Of a stretch of 64,000 nt of DNA, positions 13,120-27,235 are shown piece after piece; position 1 is the first letter of the stretch; each line of letters opens with the position of its first letter. This DNA is from the human T2T-CHM13v2.0 reference genome, Homo sapiens: NCBI RefSeq assembly GCF_009914755.1, contig NC_060927.1; one strand, written 5' to 3'. The notes beneath the pieces are model-generated. The model saw only the letters and a program-made list of their open reading frames with translations. It was not told the origin of the DNA and ran no database searches. The translations under genes and the position numbers were made by a program.

Positions 13120-13745
13120 TGATGCTTATGCTTTCTACTCCTAGCCTTACTGTACTGGTTCAGTCAATACAACATTGAATATAATGATAATAATAGCCTT
13201 CTTTTTCTTGTTCCCAATCTCAAAGAGAAAGCTTTTAACACTTCACCATCAAGTATAATATGTGGTGTACAATTTTTGAAATATCCTTATCAGATTAGGG
13301 AAAATCCCTTCTATTCTTAGTTTACCAAGATGTTTTTTGTGATGTATGAATGTTAATATAAGCAAATAATTTTGTGGCAACTATTGGAATGATCAAAGGA
13401 CATTTTTTCCCCTTATATTATCTAACTTTAAACCATCCTTACGTTCCTGATGTAAATCCAACTGGGTTATGAAATATCCTTTTCACATTTTGCTGAACTT
13501 AATTTGCTAATATTTTGCTTTGAATTTTGGCATCTATGCTCATTAGTGAGATTGGTCAGTAACTTTACTTTCTCATAGTTTCTTTGTCTAGTATTAATAT
13601 CAAGGTTATGTTGACCTCATAAGATAAAGTGGAAGTTTTCCCTGTTTTTCTATTTTCTGGGAGTTTGTGTGGGATGGCTGTTATTTTTCTCTCCAGTATT
13701 TGTTAGAATTTACTACCAAAGCCATTTAGGCCTGGAATTTTCCTG
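13120..13745 (-). mobile_element. Old L1M ORF2 fragment
   Basis: ttcttgttcccaatctcaaagagaaagcttttaacacttcaccatcaagtata...tttgctaatattttg...ggcatctatgctcattagtgagattggt...gccatttaggcctgga. Confidence 0.85.
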
Positions 13746-14089
13746 TGCTTCTGTCAGAGGTTTGGGAAGCAGCAGATCACATTGGAGTTGGAGGATCACC
13801 CCCTCTAAGAGGGGCTCCAGAACAGACTTGCGCCAGGCAGGATGGTGGGAACTTGTCTCCCAAGGAGACTGCCTTAAAGGAGATGGCACTCATCCAGATG
13901 AACATGGCTGAACTTATTTGTAAGGAGGCATTACTTGATGATCTCCTTGGAGTTTTTACCCCTTACGTATGTCTATTCTTCAGAGCAAACACATCCCACT
14001 CATCTCACTTCTGCACCTTCTCTAGCCACACCCTCTCTTCAGGATGCCCTCCTTCTCCCCCAGTTGCTGCTGAAATGCCACCTGACTGC

Positions 14090-14335
14090 CAGGTCTCACT
14101 TCTTCTGTATACCCTTCTCTTACTAATCCAACCCCTAGCAATGATATGCACCCCTCAGCTTTTTATTCATTCCTGTGCTGCTTCTTATAATGATTATATC
14201 AAGTCAAGATTTCTGTCTGACAACCTATAGGGCAGGCTTTTTCAACGTGAGAGTCCTGCTTCCTATGCTACTATTCTTGCATGGCACATCAGTGAACACA
14301 TACTCTGTGTTAATAAATGCTTATAAATTAAATAA
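14090..14335 (+). mobile_element. Degenerate L2 3' end
   Basis: gggcaggctttttc...gcatggcacatc...gttaataaatgctt resembles the L2 terminus. Confidence 0.45.
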
Positions 14336-14609
14336 TATCAGCCAGTATATGACAGATTAAGTGGCAAGGTATTACTTCTTCCTCCATTCCCTCTTTCTAG
14401 GGAGGGTTGAAGACAGGATGTTCAAAATAAAATAGCTAAATCTAGTTAAGGAATATGTGATTAATCTATTCATCTGCACAAATTGGAACCTGTCTTAAAT
14501 TGCCAAGCTGAAAATGGTTACCACAGCAGCACCAGGAAGAAGATGCTAAAGATAAAAGCCTTTTTAAAATATCTTTAATAAGTTTCCTTTGGCAGCTGAG
14601 AGAAATACC

Positions 14610-14820
14610 ATGGGTTAGGGAGAGACCACAAATGCAGGAATTAGATGACCTGTGTTGGGGACCTGACTCTGTCCTTCCATTTCTTCTCTACAAAGTCACT
14701 TAACTATTGGAGTGTTAATTAAACACCATTAAATGAGAACAATATGTACCCTGCCCACTTTAAATGAGAATAATGAATATAATGGGTTCAAATGAGACAG
14801 TGCTATACAAATGCACAGTT
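14610..14820 (+). mobile_element. MIR (degenerate)
   Basis: ggaattagatgacctgtgttggggacctgactctg...aagtcacttaac...aaatgagacagtgctatacaaatg. Confidence 0.6.
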
Positions 14821-15914
14821 GTCTTACAGAGACAGGATTTGGCTTATGCTGGAGAAGAGAAACCTGGAAATACAAACTCCATTTGTATTAGCTTCACCAT
14901 CTCCCCTAGAATATCCTAGAATGGAGCTCAGCAGTACTGAGGGAACTGGCATAAGTCAAGTGTTGATTCTGCCATGTTCTAAAAATGGGCCCACAAGAGT
15001 GAAGTCTATTTTCAAAGGTAGGGACCAGAAGTGGTGGGGGAAGTTGGGCTAAGATAGAAATGAAAAGCCTTGGAGGTGTTTCAGCCTGACAGCTATCACA
15101 CAATGTTGACTCTGGGCAGAGGAGAGGTGAACAAGGACCTCTTCCTCAGCTGACTTGTGCAAGGGAGGCAGCTGCCACCACAACCATTTGTCAACTCCCC
15201 ATCACAATTGAACATAGTGAAGACAAGCTCTGTGGGGATAAAAGAAAAAAAAAAGAATGTTTGAGGCCAGATCACCTACAGAAGTTCAACACGTTTGTCC
15301 CATATAGATGACGTTAAGCTGTTCTGCCTTCATGTTACCCTCAGCACATGTCCCCAGGCACAGTTGCTGCATTTATCCTAGTAACTGCCGATTAATTTCC
15401 AGTCTTTGCATATTTTTGTTTACCAGCTTTATTCTTCTCTCTTCAACTCTGAGAAAGAATGTACCAGGAGTTCTTGCTCCAGTGTTCAATGCAAACTTGG
15501 AAATGGTCCAGGATATAAATGAATGTAATGATTAATGTGTCAATCATCTAGTGTTATTGAAAGCAGCTCATTGCAAACGTGGAAATATTCTTAAATAACC
15601 AGAGATGATGATTTGTGAACTTCTAAAATGCAGGCTCTTCTTAGTATTGTGCATTCTATTTCATATAACCTTCAGACATGAAGTAGAGCTTCCCTAAATT
15701 AATTTTCTTAAGTTTCTTTGGTCAAACTATTGAACTAATAGACCTGTGCTCTTTAATCCCAAGAGTGTTGTGATCGTTTTTCCAGACAAGTGCTCACCAT
15801 ACATAGTACAATTTTCATTGATCAAAACAAATGGCTTGTTCTTCTTCTTGTGTACTTAATCAATAAATTTTCAGCTGTGTTGTAACGTGCAGTCTCAAAA
15901 TCAGACATTGTTAG

Positions 15915-16252
<338 letters not shown>

Positions 16253-17839
16253 TTATTTGTGAAGGCCATTGGTTCCAACGTACTGTTTTCAAAAGGAAGC
16301 TAGTGCTGCAAATTTTATTGTTTTATTTATTTATTTTTTCCTCCTAAGGGAACAATGGATTCTGGATTTATAGTGAACATTTCCAAAGCAGAATGCTTCA
16401 TTCTGGGTAGCTCGCTCTCTTTGGATTTAAATATGTATTCTGAAAATGGTATGTGGAGAACATCTAAAGACCAGCCATAAAGGGACAGATTTATGACTGT
16501 GAAGAGACAGATTCCTCCAGTGCACGGGAAAAGCAGCCACCTTCCTTACTATTTCATACGTTGTTACCGTGTGTAGAAAATACCTACTCAGTCCTGCCCA
16601 AGATTGGTGCTTCTAAAAGATAGTGAGACCAAACTAAATTATTACTTCAAAGAAGTGTAGAAGTCGAAACAATTTACTGGTGACTGGTAATAAGAACGTT
16701 AAACAATACAGTGACCCCAAAAGGTTCTTGTAAAACCATCTGGCTGTGTAAACCTTGTTTTAGCTGACTCTGAAAGGCTTAAGAACACTCCTGTTTGGAC
16801 AGGACTTATTTGTTTTTCTTCTCTGAGGTCACCTTTGATCATCCTAATGGGTTGACTGGCCCCAGATGATTTTTTTATGCATAGCTAGCACTAACCTTGC
16901 TATTTGAAGGTAGGTAGAGCTAGCTCAGATAAATGTTTTAACATATAGACTATGCAAGTTCTAAAAAGAAAATAGAAACAACATTTTGTTTCCATTTTTA
17001 ATTTAAAAACTATAAAGTTAAAATGCAAAATATTAATATCCAACAGGGCAGCCACTTTCATCCTTCTATACTTAAAACACATCTTTTCAATCAGTACGAG
17101 TCATTTCTTACCAAGTTCTGCTTATATGTGGCCTCACTTACCAAAGAGCTCAATCATGACACATCATTATAAGTCAACCAGATAAATCATTCAATAATTC
17201 AACTTATTCCTCTCTGCCTCCAGTGACTCCATCCTCTTCCACCAATTACTGGACCCAAAGAACATCGTAGAGGGCTTAAATCTTTCTGACAAATACACTG
17301 TTTAATAAAGCCTGTTGCTCCTACTGCCTCAAATTTTCTGGGTTAGCTTTATCTGCCTGGGTATATATTTGGCAGCAATATTCATTTTTCAACATTTCCA
17401 ATGACAATTAATTATTCTAAAACTGGGGGTGGACCACAGTCATGGAATCACTCAAGAAGTTATACAAGCCATGCTGGGGAAACCTGAGTTTCATGAGGAT
17501 TTTGTTCTAGTGGCTCTGGCATTCACATAACCAGTTACTTCAGTTCAGATGCGTTTCTTCTTAATTAGGACAGGCGATGTAATGACACAATCAAACACAT
17601 ATGGTAAGAATCATAAAACATTTGGGCTTGCTGCTGGCTCCTGCTCTGGTATTTACGATTGATGTGTACATGTAAAAATATTGGACTGAGGAGTAGTAAT
17701 TGCCGCTGTTCCTTGAAGCAAGAGAACACACTTGGCTACCAGAAACTGCACAGGGTAATCAGAGCAAGGCCTCCTTCTATAAAGTATTTGAGAACTTCAT
17801 GACATCATGAGTAAGGCAGAGTTATGTAAAATCCCCACT

Positions 17840-18015
17840 TCAAAACTCACTAGCTAAGAGACTTTGAATCAGCCACTGAACTTCTCTATGATTCAGTGTT
17901 CTCCTCTAAAAAATGGGGGAGACAGCAACTTACATGTGTTGCTTATTGGGAGTAAATGGGGTAATATATGTAAAGAAATTGGCCCAAGTTCTCTGTAGAA
18001 AGAGCATTACTGTGA
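17840..18015 (+). mobile_element. MIR
   Basis: cactagctaagagactttgaatcagccactgaacttctctatgattcagtgttctcctctaaaaaatgggg...gagtaaatggggtaatatatgtaaag. Confidence 0.7.
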
Positions 18016-18722
18016 GTACCTGGATACCTACCATGCAGATTTGAATCTCTTTATTTTGCAAATGTCTGAACCGTCTGCACATTTAGTATATACTAACTGG
18101 AAGAAAGACCTCAGGAATGGCTCATGTGGGAAATTAAGCTGTCTTTCTGAAGAAATGGAATTATTGAAGTTTTCAATGCCTTTCTCCTATGCTATGTGAC
18201 AGTGCTCCCTGCCTCCTGGGAAACTATAACAGTTTGGCTCACAGTCTATGTGAAGATGCATATGTTTCCTTCCCTTTTTTTTTCATAGAGACATTAAAAA
18301 TTACTTTACTTTGGTGTATTAAGAATCCTGCCCACACAAGAATTACAACCTCAGCCCCCAGGGACCCATCCTTTTACAGGGTAAATGGAGCTTCTTTGTT
18401 CCTTATATCCATTCTACTCATTCTTTTTGCCACATCTGTCATGATCATTGAGAACCATTACCACACTCATTGTGTGTGTATATCTGGGGAAAAACAACTA
18501 ATAATTGATTGTTTACATAAATATATTTATTCAGCTCCCTAATTAGAATGTAAGCTCTTTGGAAATAAGAGCTTTAGTGTATGGATGGTTTGTACTATAG
18601 TAGATATTTTCCAATTGCTTTCATTGTGTGCCTTAATCAGGAAAACCAGGCACCTCCAATGAACAAATATTTATTTTAAAAATATATACATGTACCACTA
18701 TGCTCATATTACAGTAACTATA

Positions 18723-19420
18723 AAGTTCATGTCCTTTGCAGGGACATGGGTGAGGCTGGAAACCATTATCCTCAGCAAACTCACACAGAAACAGAGAACC
18801 AAACACCACATGTTCTCACTCATAAGTGAGAGTTAAACAATGAGAACACATGGACACAAGGAGGGGAATAACACACACTGGGGCCTGTCGGGGTGGTGGG
18901 AAAAGGGGAGGGAAAGCACTAGGACAAATACCTAATGCATGCAGAGCTTAAAACCTAGATGATAGGGGGCCAGGCGCGGTGGCTCACGCCTGTAATCCCA
19001 GCACTTTGGGAGGCCGAGGCGGGTGGATCACGAGCTCAGGAGATCGAAACCATCCTGGCTAACATGGCGAAACCCGGTCTCTACTAAAAATTCAAAAAAT
19101 TAGCCGGGCGAGGTGGCGGGTGCCTGTATTCCCAGCTACTCGGGAGGCTGAGGCAGGAGAATGGCATGAACCCCGGGGGGCGGAGCCTGCAGTGAGCCGA
19201 GATCACGCCACTGCACTCCAACCTGGGCGACAGCGAGACTCCGTCTCAAAAAAAAAAAAAAAAAACCTAGATGATAGGGTTGATAGGTGCAGCAAACCAC
19301 CATCAATGTATACCTATGTAACAGTGTATACCTATGTAACAAACCTACATGTTCAGCACATGTATCCCAGAACTTAAAGTTATATATATATATATATTTA
19401 CTAATTAAAAAAATAAAGTA
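18723..19420 (+). mobile_element. L1PA (about L1PA8-10) 3' end, split by an Alu
   Basis: gttcatgtcctttgcagggacatgg...aaacaccacatgttctcactcataagtg...gcttaaaacctagatga[Alu]gggttgataggtgcagcaaaccaccat...cccagaacttaaagt. Confidence 0.95.
18968..19261 (+). mobile_element. Full-length AluY of Ye type (AluYe5-like)
   Basis: gcgaggtggcggg, gaaccccggggggcggagcctgcag and the 2-bp deletion in gggcgacagcgagactcc; exact 18-bp TSD aaaacctagatgataggg at 18950-18967 and 19262-19279. Confidence 0.9.
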
Positions 19421-21039
19421 GAAATTTTTAAAAGAAGGGATTAGAGATGCAAACATGAGTGCTCCAAATATTTTCTTCCCACACCATAGTGGGTTGTCTC
19501 CTGGAGCATATCCATCCTATTTTGGAGATGGTTGTCCCCTAGCACTGAGGAACAGGCCAATCTGTTTCAGGACTGAGCAGCCACACTAACCACCCAGTTG
19601 TGTTCTGCCATGATTGGCCACCCAGATGTGTTCTCTCATTGCTTTTTTTTCTCCCATCAATCTCCTACCCACCAAGCTCTCTCTCTTTAATACCTCCCTC
19701 TTCCATTCACATTGCCTTAGCAGGTGTTTGGGGCAACATTTGGGCATTTTTTACTTAGCTTACACTCATGATTATTTTATTGGATATAAAAGATACACCA
19801 GCAGCCTTCATTTTCCCCTCATCCTAATAAATACAAGAATCTCCCAGGGGTTGCTTATTCCCAAGGAGCCTGCAATCTGTCTGGTGTTTCAGTCGTGTTA
19901 GGTGTGCTGTATGGAAAGGCCACCCACAAAAATTGTGGAAAACGTTCTTTCTAGAAAAAATAAAAACAGTTTGTCATTCCAGGATGCAGATGGTAGTGTC
20001 GTAAAGAGGTGTTGGGTGGGGTATGTGTGACATCAAGTCTGGGCCATTTGTGGGTTTCCAGTGAGCCCATACAATAGCTTTCTCACCGAATATGTGCTAG
20101 GAATCCCTAAGACAGGGTGTTCTCTTTAGAGAGTTTTTAGTCTTCTTAAATATGAACTGGGGAAACTAAATTACAATGCAAGCAGCTGGCATTGACAGGA
20201 CATGGCAAAGTTATTCAGAGGAAGGTCTGTGTGTCCAGCCTGAGTCTTGACAACACGGCCTATGAGATCAGAGCTGCCCGGAAGAGACAACCAAATTGCT
20301 TAGAGATGGAAACTCATACTGAACAGGGTACTGAACACACCCTTCTAATGCTGCTGGAAGCCATTCTTGATGAACTGAATCTGCTTTGAAAGGGTAGACC
20401 ACAAAATAAAACTTCAGAGGTGGGCAGGTTTTATCACTAGAATTTCCATCATTAAAAGCAGAAAAATAGAAATCATTCCATTGTAAAATAGCTTGCAATC
20501 ATCCACTTCAGAAGCAGTATAAAATTACCGCACCACCTTCTCCACCATAACTCTTCCTTTGGACTTTTGACTACCACCATCTAGTTCAGTTACCAGCATT
20601 CTTGGTTATTCTGCACACCCCACTGAGGTCATACCACACCCTCACACGCCTTCCATATAAGGGGGTCCTCTTTATGGTGGCCACGGTTCTAAACACCTGA
20701 GAGTTGAGATGAATCCACAATTAGTTTTCCATGTGATTTCCAAATGTGAGCCTTTCATTTGTTTTCAACACTTCCTAGGGGGGAAAGTAAGATATCTGTC
20801 AGTGATATAGAAAGCAGAAGAAAAGATTACAAAAGTTTGATGTTAATGCTTTAAAATGTCTAAATTGCCTGAGGGTATTTCCGGGAGTGGTATTCCTTAA
20901 TTTGCTAAGTGCACAGGCAATGTGTTTGGAGCCTGTAAAACCCTGCAGCCTGCAAAGATAACCACCACTGTGCCTCAGGTTCCTTAGAGAGAAAAAGCCC
21001 TTGTCAATCGAAGGCAGCTGCTCTAGTTTAGACTCTGAT

Positions 21040-21660
21040 ACTTTTTTCTTTAGATGACTGAAATTGCCTCCTAATTGATCTCCCTTCTTCCAATCACAGC
21101 CTCCTCCAATCCATCCTCCACACTGCTGTCAGTATCTTTCTGAAATGCAAATCGGATGTTACTTTATCCTTGCTTAAATTTTCTGATAGTTTTCCATCAC
21201 CTACAGATTACATTTCAAATTAAACAGGATAATTCAAGCCCTTATCACTCTAGTTCTAATAGATTTTTCTAGCTTTGTTTCAGGATCCCAAGCTCTACTC
21301 TGACCCACTGGTTCATCTGTACAATGGTCCCTGCAATGTATATACAATGCACTTTCTTGTTTAGATTTGGCTGTCTATTCAAATTTACTTCTGACGTTGT
21401 CCCCACTTTTTCACCTAGTGAACACCTTCTCTCCACTCAGGTCTTAGCTCAAATCCTTTCTTCCTGGGAAGCCTCTTTCAAATACCATCAAGCAGAGTTT
21501 CTCACTCACTTCTCTGCTCCCATCCTACCCCCTACTTAGCTCTGTTATGTACTCACCATGTCATAGAATGATGTTTATTTACTTGTCCTCCCTGCCTCTA
21601 TACCCTTAGAACCAGACACAGTGATGCCCAAAGGCTACTCAATAAATCATCCATGACTGA
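21040..21660 (+). mobile_element. L2 3' region
   Basis: gcctcctaattgatctccct...ctccaatccatcctccacactgctg...tttctgaaatgcaaatcggat...ctcaataaat. Confidence 0.8.
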
Positions 21661-22621
21661 CTGCACAGAAGAGAACTTATTGAACTTTTAGGTTTCCTAA
21701 TGAGAAAATCTCCTTCTTGGGGGGTTTATATAATTCTTGTTTGCAGGTGGCCCAATCCTCAGGAATCTTGACATGGGGGATCTCAGACCTAGTCACCACT
21801 TCTTTATAAACATCTTTAATCAAATTATGGATTTTTGGTAAATAAACAGCCTCAAACTGAAGTAGAATGTAAACAGAAACAAGTGTCCTTCATTGCTAAC
21901 TCTTCTTCTCTCCACATATATTGGGCCCTTTATACATACGTGTATGTGCAAACTTGCAAGTCCCGGATGAACCAGCTGCAAGCTGGGTTTCACCAGCAAT
22001 TCTGCATCTGATCCTCTATGATTGAACCAGTCCTTGACATTGAAAGTGTACATCATGAATCACTGAATTGAGTCTTAATTATAGGATTTTTTCCTTTCTA
22101 TTTTTATAGAGAGGCAGTGAAATTCAAGTTAAGAATGTCTCAGCTAATAGATGCTTCTTGGTGTTGAAATGTGGCTGTTCTGGCCCCTCGATGTCCAAGT
22201 TCATTCATGTAGTCCATGGAAAAGCCAAAATGAGGGTCTGAGTCTAGATTTCCATTCTCTTTGTCTAACAATTAGAACTCAATTTCCTTCCAGTTAATGG
22301 TTCGCTGCACCAACGCTACAGCCACCCAATGAAATCTGCCTTTTCTCTTTTTTCAGAACAGCAACAAAGGCCTGCAGCCAACTTTCCAAAGAACTTTGTC
22401 CAAAATGAGCCAAATTAAATTTAAAGATCATTCTAGAATATGTTCTTCTCTACATTTGTAAAAGAATGATTGCCTGGCAAGGCAGCATTAAGAGAAAAGG
22501 TCAAATTCTCTCCAAAGATTTCCAACTTTTTTTTTTTTTTACACTAGTAGTGTTTGGAGAAGCAAATTGTGGTTTGACTTTTTTAAAAAAACAAGAAAGA
22601 GAAAAGAAAAGAAAAAGTGTT

Positions 22622-22820
22622 ACAGGGCGGGGAACATTTCACACTGGGTCCTGTCGGGGACTGGGGAGCTGGGGGAGGGATAGCATTAAGAGAAGTACCT
22701 AATGTAAATGATGAGTTGGTGGGTGCAGCAAACCAATATGGCACATGTATACCTATGTAACAAACCTCCACATTGTGCATATGTACCCTAGAACTTAAAG
22801 TATAATTTAAAAAAAAAAAG
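22622..22820 (+). mobile_element. 5'-truncated L1PA (about L1PA6), ~200 bp
   Basis: gggatagcattaagagaagtacctaatgtaaatgatgagttggtgggtgcagcaaacca...gtaccctagaacttaaagtataa plus A tail; 24-bp direct repeat agagaaaagaaaagaaaaagtgtt at 22598-22621 and 22821-22844. Confidence 0.95.
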
Positions 22821-23624
22821 AGAGAAAAGAAAAGAAAAAGTGTTGTGGGTGGGAACATATTAAGAAATGCAACAATCTTAGCGTTTCATAATCCTTCGAG
22901 ACCTTAAATACTATCAGAATCTAGTATCTCTAAATATAGAAACAGTATATTTACAAGTTAGTCTAAAGAATGTATTTTTCTGTTCACTTAGAGAAAGAAA
23001 TGGGTCTATTCCCAACCTTCACATAAGCTGTCTTTGTAAACATATACTTTTGGCCTACCAGTGTTTTCATCGAAAATGTCTTAGGGAATTTTAATGTAAT
23101 TATCATCAAACTGCCCAGAGCTAAATAAATAGGTTCTCAATAACTGAATCTACATTCCTCCAACACCTGCTATTTTAATGATAAATCTAGAGGTTTCCTT
23201 TCTCCCTTTGCAGAACAGATAAGACAATGATATGTGATTATTCAAAATGTGTTTTGTTTATCTGATAAAGATTGGGATGCTGGGATTTCCTTATCTGAGT
23301 AAGATCAATAGAGACTACAGTCCATATTAGCTTACCTCTGGCAGTGGCCTATGTAAAATGCCATGAAGGAAGGCTAAATCCTTATAATATATGAGACCAG
23401 CTTGTAATTATACCACAAGGAAACTAATCACTGTTGAAGGCTCAGTAGTCAACAAAGATTATTCTCTAAATTCCTTTGTTAGTTTTTTCCTCCCCCTATT
23501 ATGGTAACTATAACTATGAATATTATTTCAGGAAATGTTTTAATATTTTGGTAGAATTCTACTAAAATAGTCTAGAGTTTTATTGTCCATTTTATGATTT
23601 GAAGCTTCATTCAACAAACATTTG

Positions 23625-23700
23625 TTGAGGATTTACCTGCCCCTGACCCTATGCCGAGCTCTGAAGATATAAATACAGATGGGATAACATTTACCTCTAC
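23625..23700 (-). mobile_element. L2 terminal fragment
   Basis: ttcattcaacaaacatttgttgagg...ccctatgccgagctctgaagatataaa. Confidence 0.6.
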
Positions 23701-24212
23701 TACTTAGATATGGGGAAAAAATCTATTTCTTGCTGATGGCGGGTGAGAAACCACTTAAAATATTTCATTCAAAGCTAATTCCATCTCTTCTGATTTAAAA
23801 GGTGAAACTCTCTATCAGGAGCCTCTCTTTTCTTTTTCCCAAAATGGTGTGAGGAAGTAGGAGAAAGTGTAGGAAACTTCCAGGCTGCCAGAGTGAAGCC
23901 TGGTCACCATGCCATGTTGCCCTTCTGGTCAAGCCATGCTAATGGGGAGCTTCCATCCAGGGCTTGGAATTATTCTGGGCATCCAAGGACCTGAGGAACA
24001 AGCACTAAGTCTGAGATTCCCACAGAATTCTCTGGTTATTTCTATTCTTTCTTTACCCTCTGGAGAGTTTTAACCATAGTGGGCAGGTAAGGGGAAGGGG
24101 TGAGCCCAGACAATTACTTCTGACTTATTTTTATCTTCTTTCCTGCAGAAGAGAGTTCTATTTTCCTTCTGATATAAGGCTCAATGACACATAGCTATTA
24201 ATTAGACTTGAT

Positions 24213-24669
<457 letters not shown>

Positions 24670-25194
24670 TCACCTACCTTACTTCTAGATTTAGGATTCT
24701 TTGCTTTATATTATAATGGCTCTTCCTAAATACAATGCATAGTTGATGTAGCAAGAGATTTCCCCTGTAAAAACGTGTATATTGGAGTTTAAAGACAAGT
24801 TTAAAGTGAAATTACTTCCTAGTACCTTTTTTTGGCCTGAATTTGAGTGAAGGTCTCAAAGCACAATGACTGCATAATAATTTTCTTTTTCACAAAACAT
24901 TTGTCTCCACTTCTATTAAAAATATTTCTTAGTCTGTTCTTAGTCTGTTTTTTTTTCTTTACTGCATAACTGAGTATGCAGTTATGCTTCAACCGAGTTC
25001 TTAACAGTGTGAATAACTTGATTTTACTACAAAGTCTGTCCATCAGTCCGTGGAACTGAAGGCTATTGTTCCCCTTGACAGCATACAAATGATGGATTGT
25101 CTGTGCCCACTTGTTTCAGCTTATGCAGCAGCTTCTGAACGATTAATCCCAATAGTTATTATCATGGTAGTAACTAATGTAGGTAAAGAATCTA

Positions 25195-25430
25195 AAGCTC
25201 TGCAAACCTTTTCACATGCTTTATCTCACAAGTACTTTTTGTCAGATAAATAGGTTAAGGCAAGCATTAAATGTATGCACATTTTATACACGAAGACACC
25301 AGGGCTTGGGGAAGTTAAGCAACTATCCCAGCATCCCAGTGCATCCTGGTACGTCCCGGTGCAAGTGACAGGTGAAGTCCAGCCCTAAAGTCAGAGGTCC
25401 TTGCTGCTGATTCCAGCCTCCCACTACTAT
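25195..25430 (-). mobile_element. MIR
   Basis: cacattttatacacgaagacaccagggcttggggaagttaagcaactatcccagc. Confidence 0.65.
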
Positions 25431-26129
25431 ACTTCCCTTTCTCCAGTTTTACTTAAAATCTTTTTTTGGGAGTAGGAAGGAAGGAGCAGAGGGAGAGTGG
25501 CCAGAAATTACTTCATGCAAAACAATTTGATGGCTTTGATGCTGCATGTATCTGTTTTGGGAAAATGAAAAGAAAGGAAGGTATCAGCCGTAAAAGAGAT
25601 GTACTTAAGATTCAGGAGCAAAGCTCAAGAGAGCTCAGTTATAAACTTTAGACAAGCCTAGAAGGCTCAGCACCTAGTAATGAATGGCAAGTTAACATTG
25701 CTAGATGGTGATAAACTCCTCTAACTGAGACTTAACTTAAAAATATGGCAGAAGAAATATGAACCCTGCTGAGGTTAGAAGCTCCCTCTACCTGTAAAAA
25801 GCAGGCCCAGTGAGGGGCTCCTGCTGAGCCATGCAATCAGTCTTGGACAAGAGCCTTTTATCCATTTGTCCAAACCCTGAGAAGTCACGGTCCCATCTTA
25901 GGCTCAGCCTAGGCAAGATGAAGCCACCCCAAAATATGTCTTCTATGCCTTCCCACCTCCTGCTCTCCAGTCTTCCTGATTGTTACTGCAGGGGCCAGAG
26001 CCCTCAGACTGCCAGCCCAGCCCTCTGTGTCCATCTTCACAAGGGTTCGTCTTACCCATAAAGTGGTCCTGCCCTGTCTCATCCCATTGCATTTGTGTAG
26101 TTGACCTTAGCAACTAAGAGGAGGTGGTT

Positions 26130-26600
26130 CTATTTTCTCAGTACAGTAACTTTCTTTTTCTCATCACAAAAGCAATATGTGATCAGAAAAAAAGTTTAGA
26201 AAACATAAGTATGTAAAAACTAAAAATCAACCACTATTTTACCACCTAGATGGACAACCATTATTTATATTTTTAGTGACTATTTTTAGGCTTTTTTATC
26301 TACGCATTTTTAAAGATCATACTAAAACCAAATTTTTATCTTGCTTTTTTTCATTTAACATGGTAATGCAAGCATTTTCTTGTTTTAATAAAATACTCTT
26401 TTAAACGTAATTTCAAATAGTTACATAATAACACATCCTATTGATAAAACAATTTGAGTCTCCTATTACTGAAGAGTTTTCTTCCTTCCAACCTTATAAA
26501 TAACTACTATGATCCATATTTTTGTACATAAACCTAATTTCACATTTCTGAAGTTTTCTTTTAGATTGATTATTAAAAGTAGAATTATCAGGTCTTGACT
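26130..26600 (-). mobile_element. Ancient L1ME-type 3' end fragment
   Basis: aaaagcaatatgtg...ttagaaaacataag...tttttcatttaacat...ccatatttttgtacataaa...aaaagtagaattatcaggtc. Confidence 0.65.
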
Positions 26601-26959
26601 TGGAGCTCTTGATTCAATATATGGAAGAAAAGAACAGTTTTTTTGTAAGCCCATTAGTATCTTGGTGAGAGTTATGGGACAGTGTATAGCACAGAGTAGA
26701 TACACCATAAATGTTGTAAAAATGAATAGGCTTAATTCTATTAGGAGTATCTGCATTTTAAAAGATGAAATTTGTTAGCAAATGCATCTTACATTGGTAT
26801 AAATTCAGAGAGCAATATTTATAAAATTGAAGAAATAAAAGTTATAGTGAATACAAGACTGTAGAGGAGAATGGGGCTTCTAATGAGCATTACCTCAATC
26901 TGCATTGTGAAAACCATAGCCTATCATGGTCAAAGTAAATGCAGCTCTTATGACATTCC

Positions 26960-27235
26960 CCAGCTCCTTGGTCAGTCAGTCTGCATGGCCTGGCATCACA
27001 CTAGGGACTGGAATCTATCCTCAAGAAGCACGCAAGCTTGTGGGAGAGACAGATTTGCAGACAACACACAAAGAACCATGAGAAGGGCAGAACTGAGAGG
27101 TCTGAGCACAGCAGTGGAAGAAGTCACCAGCTCTTCCTGGGGAAGCCCCCTTGGAAAGGGGGATTTTGGAGCTGGATCTTGAATAAGAACATGTGAGAAA
27201 AGCACTCCAAGCAGATGCAAATGCAAAGACACATT
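26960..27235 (-). mobile_element. L2 fragment
   Basis: cctcaagaagcacgcaagcttgtgggagagacag...gggggattttggagctggatcttgaa...atgcaaagacac. Confidence 0.6.

Noticed and set aside
20192-20389. 65-aa ORF with protein-like composition
   Set aside because: TTG start, no recognisable homology, no convincing flanking splice sites, and no poly-A or TSD to suggest a retrocopy.
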